From a virus (lineage: Duplodnaviria; Caudoviricetes): a stretch of 64,000 nt of DNA. The stretch lies in the IMG/VR virus record IMGVR_UViG_3300002026_000256, positions 1 through 64,000 of that record. The stretch is one strand, 5' to 3'. Shown one piece after another: positions 35,581-43,032 of this stretch (its first letter is position 1; every line of letters begins with the position of its first letter). A program made the translations under genes and the position numbers. Below the pieces are notes generated by a model. The model had not been told where the DNA came from, ran no database searches, and saw only the letters and a list, made by a program, of their open reading frames with translations.

Positions 35581-36231
35581 ATGAGCAACACTATATTTGA
35601 ACGCATTGATTCAAGAACTGATTTTGTAAATACCTGGCTATTTGAAATGCCAGAGGGAATTGGTAAATTTGAACTAGTTGATGCAGTTATTTACTCAATT
35701 AAAGATAGAATTAAATCTGGTGCAACAGTCATTGATTTGCCATCTGGATTACGAAAAATTGAAGGTACGCAAGTAGTTGACTATTGGTATGAGAAAGCAG
35801 GAGATATTGTTCTTGGTGCAGAGTTTGAAAAACGTGCACAGGGATTAGTAGTTACAATGATAGGTAAAGCAAATAAAGGCAGACCGCCGTTTGCTTCCGA
35901 CTTGTATAACGCAGTGCTAGCAGATAGGAAAACTTCTGGTGGTATTGATGCAATACGAATTTTAAGTGACCAAGCACTTAGCGATGAAGGAATTAAAATA
36001 TGGGAGCGTCTGCTTAGTCAAGGCCATCATATTTCAATTTACGATGCTAGCGAGCCAGGTAAAACTTTTTCTGAGATTACGACAGTTGCGGATTTGCACA
36101 AATATTTTCAAGACGATAACAGAAATTATCGCCGTTGGCAATATGTAATTTCAGAACAAGCTTCAAATGGTGAAGTGCGCTCATTTTTTAATACTAGAAG
36201 AATGCGAGAGCTAATTCCTGGTATGTTATAA
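35581..36231 (+). CDS. Hypothetical protein embedded in the tRNA array (possible GNAT-like fold)
   Basis: ATG at 35581 after TAAATA; ILSDQALSDEGIKIWERL. Confidence 0.7.
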   Translation: MSNTIFERIDSRTDFVNTWLFEMPEGIGKFELVDAVIYSIKDRIKSGATVIDLPSGLRKIEGTQVVDYWYEKAGDIVLGAEFEKRAQGLVVTMIGKANKGRPPFASDLYNAVLADRKTSGGIDAIRILSDQALSDEGIKIWERLLSQGHHISIYDASEPGKTFSEITTVADLHKYFQDDNRNYRRWQYVISEQASNGEVRSFFNTRRMRELIPGML

Positions 36232-36240
36232 TAGTTTTAA

Positions 36241-36331
36241 GGAGAGCGGGCAGGCCGGTAATGCAGCACCCTGCTAAGGTGTAGAGTCGTGATGAGCGGC
36301 TCATAGGGTTCGATTCCCTAGCTCTCCGCCA
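36241..36331 (+). tRNA. tRNA-Ser(GCT)
   Basis: GCACC-CTGCTAA-GGTGT, long variable arm, GCCA. Confidence 0.92.
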
Positions 36332-36337
36332 ATTTAC

Positions 36338-36413
36338 TGGGGGTTTGTCATTTGGTAATGACACTACGCTTTGACCGTAGGAAAGTCGGGTCCGATTCCC
36401 ACACCCTCTGCCA
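36338..36413 (+). tRNA. tRNA-Gln(TTG)
   Basis: CTACG-CTTTGAC-CGTAG, T-loop TCCGATT, GCCA. Confidence 0.82.
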
Positions 36414-36621
36414 ATGCTAACAATTTATCGACAACGACAAAGAGCATAACCAAGTATTGTACGAGCTAGGTCTACTAGACGATGATGACGATTGGAATCT
36501 GTTTTGCAAGATGCAACGCGAGCAGATGGAAAATGATCCTGACTCTGAAACTTGGCACAAAGCAATGGGAACAGTTCCACAGGAAATACCCACTACTGGG
36601 TGGTGGATCAAAGCAAAATGA
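36414..36621 (+). pseudogene. Small ORF with apparent frameshift
   Basis: MLTIYR.. stops early; a second frame reads DKEHNQVLYELGLLDDDDDW..PTTGWWIKAK*. Confidence 0.4.
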
Positions 36622-36854
36622 ATTTAACTGAACAACTCGTTGAGTTAGCAGAGCAAATTGAAATGGGTGACCCAATTGATTGGGGCATGCTTAGTATTAA
36701 TGAACACGATGCATACAAGTTAATGGCAGCAGGCGTATTAGACAACTATTTGGGCATGGATCCAGACTGTCGTGATATGATGTTGCTTGCTACAGTAGTT
36801 AAGCTAACTGTAGAGAATTTTGCACTTAACTTAAAGTTGATGCAACAAAAATAA
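36618..36854 (+). CDS. Hypothetical protein
   Basis: MNLTEQLVELAEQIEMGDPIDWGML..; ATGA-coupled; ends immediately before tRNA-Leu. Confidence 0.7.
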   Translation: MNLTEQLVELAEQIEMGDPIDWGMLSINEHDAYKLMAAGVLDNYLGMDPDCRDMMLLATVVKLTVENFALNLKLMQQK

Positions 36855-36931
36855 GCGGATGTAGACAAATTGGTAAAGTCAGCGGTCTTAGAAGCCGTTA
36901 TCTGAGAGTTCGAGTCTCTCCTTCCGCACCA
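36855..36931 (+). tRNA. tRNA-Leu(TAG), short variable arm
   Basis: GCGGT-CTTAGAA-GCCGT, CCA. Confidence 0.9.
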
Positions 36932-36936
36932 AATTA

Positions 36937-37019
36937 GTGGAATTGGCTAAGACAAATTGGCACAGTCGCCAGATTTAAAACCTGGGCTTTTATGGGTTCG
37001 AGTCCCATATTCCACACCA
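36937..37019 (+). tRNA. tRNA-Leu(TAA)-like, atypical
   Basis: GTGGAAT/ATTCCAC, CCAG(A)-TTTAAAA-(C)CTGG, short variable arm, CCA. Confidence 0.65.
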
Positions 37020-37025
37020 AATAAA

Positions 37026-37100
37026 ATCGCCTTCGTATAGTGGATAATACACAAGCCTGCGAAGCTTGAAACACAGGTCCGATTCCTGTAGGCGGTACCA
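37026..37100 (+). tRNA. tRNA-Arg(GCG)
   Basis: CAAGC-CTGCGAA-GCTTG, CCA. Confidence 0.85.
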
Positions 37101-37107
37101 CTCACAA

Positions 37108-37181
37108 GCCTCGGTAGTTTAATGGTAGAACATTGCTCCTACAAAGCAAATGCGACGGTTCAATTCCGTAACGAGGTACCA
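37108..37181 (+). tRNA. tRNA-Val(TAC)
   Basis: TTGCT-CCTACAA-AGCAA, CCA. Confidence 0.85.
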
Positions 37182-37186
37182 ATTAT

Positions 37187-37265
37187 GCGCCGGTATGCCG
37201 CTTGTCTTCGAAACAAGAGAAAGCTAACTGGATACATGCACGTTCGAATCGTGTTCGGCGCACCA
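37187..37265 (+). tRNA. tRNA-Arg(TCG)-like, D-armless with long variable region
   Basis: GCGCCGG/TCGGCGC, 7-nt linker, CTTGT-CTTCGAA-ACAAG, T arm, ACCA. Confidence 0.65.
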
Positions 37266-37271
37266 AAATAA

Positions 37272-37345
37272 GCTCTCGTATGTAAATGGTATACTAACTC
37301 TTTGGTAAGGAGTTGTCCCAAGTTCGATTCTTGGCTAGAGCACCA
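37272..37345 (+). tRNA. tRNA-Thr(GGT)
   Basis: ACTCT-TTGGTAA-GGAGT, CCA. Confidence 0.88.
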
Positions 37346-37350
37346 CATAA

Positions 37351-37425
37351 CTCGCTATCGTATAGTGGAAAATACAGAAGTTTCCTAAACTTTAAACGGT
37401 CGTTCGATTCGACCTAGCGTGACCA
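37351..37425 (+). tRNA. tRNA-Arg(CCT)
   Basis: GAAGT-TTCCTAA-ACTTT, CCA. Confidence 0.85.
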
Positions 37426-37447
37426 AAAACAAAAATGAAAGAAAGAA

Positions 37448-37681
37448 ATGTTTAAATTATATTGGACTGATAAAGACGGAATAACAAATGGGAAGTATTC
37501 TGCTGACTTGATGACAGCATTGCAGTTGTCAGAAACGTTGCGTAAAGCAGGAAACACTTTCGTCACAATGGTCAGTGAAAACCCTAACTCAGTTGGTAAA
37601 CCTGGGGTAGACAGCATACAGGGCGGGAAGTGCCCGAGCGGAGAGATGTATGGCTGGTCTAAGCGAAGAAGTGCAGCATAA
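37448..37681 (+). CDS. Hypothetical protein
   Basis: 77 aa MFKLYWTD..FVTMVSENPNSVGKPGVDSI..YGWSKRR. Confidence 0.7.
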   Translation: MFKLYWTDKDGITNGKYSADLMTALQLSETLRKAGNTFVTMVSENPNSVGKPGVDSIQGGKCPSGEMYGWSKRRSAA

Positions 37682-37695
37682 TTCACAATTTGTTG

Positions 37696-37724
37696 TTGAC
37701 TTTTGGCAAGATCTGCGTTATAAT
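37696..37724 (+). promoter_or_regulatory. sigma70 promoter driving the hairpin-cassette array
   Basis: TTGACT-17-TATAAT. Confidence 0.8.
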
Positions 37725-37783
37725 ACTCACATAGCAGGAAACGATAGAGTTACTTGCAGCAAGTTCTTTAACATTTTATGAAA

Positions 37784-38483
37784 TCCTGAGACAATAGCGC
37801 GACGATATCAGGAAGTCATATTCAAGCATAATGCAACGGTGACCAAACCGAAAGTCCAACTAATCATACCATAGATATGTTGCGGTATGTGTGCTTGAAT
37901 ATGATTATCATAGTAAAGGGCAGTGCCTGAGACTGTCAGTGAATAGTTAGATTGGTGATATTAGGGCCTTATACGAGTGACGTATATCAGACTTGAGAGT
38001 CAACCAATAAACCTAATCATCTGCTCTTTACTATGATTATCCTGAGACAATAGCGCAACGATAGGAAACTCGAGTGAAGGGTCAACGACAATAGCAGCAC
38101 GATATCAGGAGATCATATTGAATATTTTTGTTGCAACCAATCTTCGCATATTGGGGTCGGTCAATGTTTTAGAAATATTCAATATGGTATCATCAAGTTT
38201 ATAATGTGTCATTCATGGGACTGGATATAAAAGGTCACACTGAGGCTCGGAATCTTAGGCATTATAAACACTAGCAGACAAAGGGTTTTGCAAGACCTGT
38301 GTTGGTATAGCTCTGTACTACGGAGTATCCTGTTCGATTCAGGGTTTGTTAGGATGATTATCATATTAAAATGTCTTTTAACCCGTTAGGTAGTGGAACG
38401 TGAACGAGAACCCTGATTAATCTAGATTAATCATTTCAGCCGACGAAACGAGCATCGCTACTACAAAGGCATTTTAATATGAT
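37784..38483 (+). ncRNA. Tandem array of seven hairpin-enclosed RNA cassettes
   Basis: Abutting units closed by 6-19-bp stems with G.U pairs and shared ends (ATCAT..ATGAT or TCCTGA..TCAGGA); no ORF of 60 aa or more in the track. Confidence 0.75.
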
Positions 38484-38489
38484 AAATAC

Positions 38490-38731
38490 GGGGGTATATT
38501 CTAGATACTGAGGAAGCCTCAGATGGTCTTGTGCATAATGTACATAATACATGATCATGCTTGTTGATGCGATTTCAACTGCCGCCCACCAACAAATGAT
38601 GCAGATACTTCGTCCCGAATTAATATAGGTTCCACGAAAGTTGTGAAAGTAAAACTAATGCTGCAACAGATAACTAGATCATGTTGTTATCAACTAAACA
38701 AACGGGAAGGCTGTGAAACAATCCGCCACCG
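38490..38731 (+). ncRNA. Structured RNA, possibly a degenerate or permuted tmRNA
   Basis: Starts GGGGGTA; internal ..TTTCAACTGCCGCCCACCA; later AATGCT-GCA ACA GAT AAC TAG; long-range pairing 38544-38556/38677-38690. Confidence 0.4.
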
Positions 38732-38742
38732 TTATTTAACGG

Positions 38743-38771
38743 TTGACTTTATCAAATAATTACGCTATAAT
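38743..38771 (+). promoter_or_regulatory. sigma70 promoter
   Basis: TTGACT-17-TATAAT. Confidence 0.8.
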
Positions 38772-38801
38772 AATGCATATAAACGCAACAGCAAAGGCAT
38801 T

Positions 38802-39272
38802 ATGCACTCACTATTTATGTCGGTAAAAGCGTGGTTTTCTCCTAAGAAGGATAAGAAAATTGCATTTTTGGATGGTGATCAAGCTCTCCCTCCAATGCTT
38901 GCTGCATATGATGCATACCTTAAAGGTACCGAGACGCATCTAGTTCGTGCATCAAGCTCAAAAAATGGTGAGCCAAAGATTTTGCGTAACATTGATTCTA
39001 ACATCAATAAGATTTATTTGATGGATTACACAGTTGGTAAAGAAATTACTGACAAGTTTATTGGTGCGTACATCCAAAAGGCAGTTGATGATGGGTACAC
39101 GCACATTACAGTGGTATCATGCGACTACGATTTTATTGATACTTTCAAAATGGCAGTTGTTCTAAATCCTGCTGCAACTAATGTATCGTTTCGTATGATT
39201 GTGCCTAACGCACAGGGACGATTATCTGATATGGATTCTAAAATAATGAATATTGAAGTAGTTAAGATGTAA
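38802..39272 (+). CDS. NYN/PIN-like nuclease
   Basis: Acidic motifs FLDGDQ, KEITDKFI, VVSCDYDF spaced like the NYN DxxN..K..D..SGDxDF pattern. Confidence 0.65.
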   Translation: MHSLFMSVKAWFSPKKDKKIAFLDGDQALPPMLAAYDAYLKGTETHLVRASSSKNGEPKILRNIDSNINKIYLMDYTVGKEITDKFIGAYIQKAVDDGYTHITVVSCDYDFIDTFKMAVVLNPAATNVSFRMIVPNAQGRLSDMDSKIMNIEVVKM

Positions 39273-39279
39273 TAATTAA

Positions 39280-39364
39280 AAGGCAATAGCAAGTAATGGC
39301 AAGGTGGTAGGTCATCCAAGTAATTTTGGTTTTGCAGTCGAAGGTTCGAATCCTTCTTGCCTTT
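39280..39364 (+). pseudogene. tRNA-like element, anticodon undetermined, no CCA
   Basis: AAGGCAA/TTGCCTT acceptor-like stem and GAAGG-TTCGAAT-CCTTC T arm. Confidence 0.45.
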
Positions 39365-39412
39365 GTAAATAACTATAGATTAAATAAGAGTATTCAAACA
39401 CAATAATAAATT

Positions 39413-39655
39413 ATGGAAACACAAACAATGAAACCAATTTGGGTAACAGTGCACGTTGAGGCAGAAGTTGATCCAGTTTTTGATAGCCATCAACTTGCGT
39501 GGTCTGAGCGGCAATTTACTAATGCAACGCCTTTGTATATTGAAAATCCTGCTACATTTGTAATTCGTGACATGACAGACAAAGAAATGGAAGATAATCC
39601 AGAAGCAGTAGCATTTTTTAATGCGTTAGTTAAAGAGTTGGGTGAAGATTACTAA
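39413..39655 (+). CDS. Hypothetical protein
   Basis: 80-aa ORF. Confidence 0.55.
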   Translation: METQTMKPIWVTVHVEAEVDPVFDSHQLAWSERQFTNATPLYIENPATFVIRDMTDKEMEDNPEAVAFFNALVKELGEDY

Positions 39656-40123
39656 TTTATATGAACAAACAAATTAAAGAACATTTCGGAGTTAAATGAC
39701 GAGCACTAAACTTGAAGAACGTATTAAAGAGCTTAAACTTATAGTAGCACAAAGTTTTGATCCAATTAAACATTATTCTGCAGACGAATATGAAATTGAA
39801 TTTGATCGCAGATTTGCAGAGTTGATTATTAAAGAATGTGCATTGGTTGTTTTCAAAAACACAGGACCAAAATCATCACTTCGTGTATTGGAACATTTTG
39901 GAGTTGAAGAATGAACGAGTTAATCAAAGAGTTGTTAGAAAAATCTGCGGTATATGATAATGCCAGTGGTTATTTTATTAAAACTGATCAAGAAAAGTTT
40001 GCAAAGTTAATTGTTGAAGAATGTGCTTCTCAATTGTGCTGTGAAAAATTTGTAAATTCCACGGACAAAAATAAAGTAATGGTAGGTCAAGCAGTTATTC
40101 TTAATCATTTTGGTTTTTAATAT

Positions 40124-40315
40124 ATGGATACTTTTTTAAATTTATCGGGGGTAATATGCTCTAAATGTGGGGAGCATCCTGAACATATAGAGTGGGATTA
40201 TACCTATGACTATGATGGGAATGATTGTGTTCATGAATATGGTAAATACATTTGTCAGTGTGGTAATTCTGAACAATTTTGTACTAATGATCCCTATGAG
40301 GATGAGGAAGATTAA
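40124..40315 (+). CDS. Small Zn-ribbon protein
   Basis: CSKC..CQCG. Confidence 0.55.
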   Translation: MDTFLNLSGVICSKCGEHPEHIEWDYTYDYDGNDCVHEYGKYICQCGNSEQFCTNDPYEDEED

Positions 40316-40470
40316 ATTATTATCTTGAATTGTCTTTTAATAATAGTTATATGAAAATATTTTGGATGAGTTGCGCTGAGTGTTCTATGACACAACCAAT
40401 GCAGCCTTGTGAGGCTTGTCCTAATAGAAAGGCTCAAGGATTATGAACGAACGAATTCAGGAACTTTAAT

Positions 40471-40734
40471 ATGTCTCCATATAAACAAATGCAAGTTATT
40501 AGTTATTGTAGAGGGTTAGTTGGGAGTATGTTCGCAGACTTCCATGATGATAATATGAAAGGTAGTAATTTTACATGGGAAAACTTTCCGAATATGATGG
40601 CAAGTTTAGCATCTGCTAATGTTAGTTGTGTTATTCGTACAAATAAAAATACGAAAAAAGATATTGAAACTTTTGCCACTAATACTGCTAAGGATTTTGC
40701 TACCATATTACTGAAAAATGCGAAATATATATGA
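40471..40734 (+). CDS. Hypothetical protein
   Basis: 87 aa, ATGA-coupled to the next ORF. Confidence 0.55.
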   Translation: MSPYKQMQVISYCRGLVGSMFADFHDDNMKGSNFTWENFPNMMASLASANVSCVIRTNKNTKKDIETFATNTAKDFATILLKNAKYI

Positions 40735-41615
40735 ATGACCGAATTAAAGAACTTGCTGAACAGGCAAGCACAGTAGAGGATACTTACCCAGAGGGTAATT
40801 ATGGCTACCCCACTCGCCTGTATAAGTTTAGTAAAGCAAAGTTTGCTCAGCTAATCATTGATGACTGCATTGCTATCATATTTAAAGAACAGGAATATGG
40901 TGAAAATCGTCACGATGATTACAATCTAGGATTGTATGAAGCATATCGAGAAATCAAAGAACATTTTGGAATTAAATGATGAAAAACTTTGAAGAATTAG
41001 CTTTTAAAGCAGGATTTACTGGAAAAGACCTTAGTAATACCCAATTTGGTACATCTTATAAACATGCGTTGTCGGATGATTATAAAAATATTCTGAACCA
41101 CTTTAATATTCCTCTTGATGAGGATGAAGAATTGGATGATGGTTGTCCCTGTGGACATGATGGCGGAACAAGTTGTAGTGCAGTAAATTGTGAGTATTAA
41201 TGTGATTGATAGAATCTCTGAAAATCTTTTAATAGTGTGCTTTACTATCTTGGTATACATTAGTTTAGTAATCGAATTGGTAAAGGGATGCTACTATAAA
41301 ATTTTTAGAATTCCACACAAGAAATTATTAGGAAAATTTCATCCAATCTATGTGAGAACTTATGAATGAACGAATTGTAGAACTTGCAGAACTTGCAGGA
41401 TTTGAAAAAGATAAGTATGATTTGTTTTGGGATGCCAATGCAAATTCAGAAGGTGTGGATTTGGAAAAGTTCGCAAAACTAATAATTAACGAATGCATTG
41501 GCTTTATTGCAGTAAGAAAAAGAATTGCAATAAATGAAGGTATGCGAGAAGAACTTGCAGGATTGTTAACTGTGCAAGGTGATATTGAACGTTGTTTTGA
41601 AGATGAGTACACAGA

Positions 41616-41825
41616 ATGAAACTCAAAAACGTATATGATGAACCAATGCTAGTATGCCCTGAGTGTGGCAGTGACAAAGTAACTGTTGCCCACGTACAGA
41701 AGTTTATGGCAAATACTGGTGAGCACTGGTGCCATTCTGTAAAGACCCAAGACTCTAACTCAGAGGCAGGGTGCTTAGATTGTGGTTGGAATGGAATGCG
41801 TCAAGATTTGCAGGAAGTGAGTTAG
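41616..41825 (+). CDS. Small Zn-ribbon protein
   Basis: CPECGSD..CLDCGW. Confidence 0.65.
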   Translation: MKLKNVYDEPMLVCPECGSDKVTVAHVQKFMANTGEHWCHSVKTQDSNSEAGCLDCGWNGMRQDLQEVS

Positions 41826-42189
41826 AGTAATTAGAACGTCAATGTTAGTTCCTTGTTTTCTACTTGCGATAGTATGCTTGCCACTCTTGCCACTATTGGT
41901 TGAGATTATCAAAGATATTCCGTTTTACTTTGAGATGATTTGCAAATGAATGAAACAATTACACGTTGCATTGAACAATCATCTACTACAGAATATTTTG
42001 ATGGTCGTGGTAACGTAACGTCTACTCATTTTGATAAAGAAAAGTTTGCTCAATTGGTTGCTTCAGAATGTGCTGCGATTGTCAGCTTGTATAGAAGGGA
42101 CAATATGCAAGATAAAGCAATTGCAGATACACTTGAGCACTGTTACACTGAAATTAAACTTGCGTTTGGATTGAAACTATGACATATTA

Positions 42190-42483
42190 TTGGAGTATCA
42201 AATGAGATTAATGGTAAAGAATTCGTATGACCCATCTGAGTTTGATTTTTATGTAATCAATGGGGAATGGAGTGGTAAGTTTAAAGATGGGCACCTTATA
42301 AAAGTTGCTAAAACTCAACAACATATTCCAATTCAAATAATATGCGACAATCAAGACAGGTTGCGCGGGAATTACAAAGAAGTAATTAACAATTTTAAAA
42401 ATGAGCAGTATGTTGGCCCTCCTGATGAACCAAATTTTGACAACTGGGATAATGTTGAGCGGGTATGGCATTCATTTAAATGA
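42190..42483 (+). CDS. Hypothetical protein
   Basis: 97-aa ORF. Confidence 0.55.
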   Translation: MEYQMRLMVKNSYDPSEFDFYVINGEWSGKFKDGHLIKVAKTQQHIPIQIICDNQDRLRGNYKEVINNFKNEQYVGPPDEPNFDNWDNVERVWHSFK

Positions 42484-42523
42484 TTGCGCATGTTGAGTCA
42501 GCATTTAGCAAGACTAAAATCAG

Positions 42524-42552
42524 TTGACACTTACTAACCTACGTGCTATACT
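42524..42552 (+). promoter_or_regulatory. sigma70 promoter
   Basis: TTGACA-17-TATACT. Confidence 0.75.
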
Positions 42553-42814
42553 AAAGAATAATTAACACTAAAGAAATGTTGCAAACGGGTACTAGTTAAA
42601 TTTATGCAAACTTAAATTTAATGAAAGTTAAAATAAATATAGTAAATATGGAAGAAAACAAAGAACAAGATCAAAGCGATTTAGAAAAATACATTGTGGC
42701 TAACCAACCACAAACAACAAACGATATTGATAGGTTAGAGGAAGAATACAATCAACGTCGTTTTACTGGAATGGGCAGGCACGAATACTTCCCGGTAACA
42801 CGATAAGTTTATGC

Positions 42815-42898
42815 GCGAGTGTGGAGGAACGGTAGACTCAGAAGACTTAAAAATCTTCCGCTTTATGCGTGTCGGTTCGAATCCGACCACTCGCACCA
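42815..42898 (+). tRNA. tRNA-Leu(TAA) with an 8-nt anticodon loop
   Basis: GAAGA-CTTAAAAA-TCTTC, variable arm, GGTTCGAATCC, CCA. Confidence 0.8.
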
Positions 42899-43032
42899 AA
42901 TTTGCAATTGACGTCAAGGCTACCGCTGCCACAATGACAAAGCGGAACAGTTGCAGAAACCATGGTAGTAAACTACAAGATTGAAACATCAAAGCCGTCC
43001 TGGGATAACATTTGGGGTGCATATATTATTTT

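Larger units (their letters stand above)
39661..42182 (+). repeat. Array of short paralogous ORFs (MNERIKEL..KFAxLIxxEC..IKEHFG family)
   Basis: Members 39696..39914, 39911..40120, 40731..40979, 40976..41200, 41362..41619, 41940..42182; minigene remnants 39661..39699 and 40443..40469. Confidence 0.8.

Noticed and set aside
38271-38352. YrlA / Y RNA
   Set aside because: In YrlA the T arm precedes the D-like arm; here the T arm is last, and no Ro60/Rsr gene is in the window
37784-38483. CRISPR array
   Set aside because: No identical direct repeats with regular spacers; units are defined by unique inverted stems of variable length, and no cas genes are present
39280-39364. tRNA-Sec
   Set aside because: A TCA is present but not centred in a 7-nt loop with a proper stem; no CCA and no sel genes
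39661-42182. Diversity-generating retroelement
   Set aside because: No reverse transcriptase and no template/variable repeat pair differing only at adenines
42900-43025. ncRNA between tRNA-Leu and tRNA-Arg
   Set aside because: Only short stems (e.g. CCGCT/AGCGG); not enough structure to support a call
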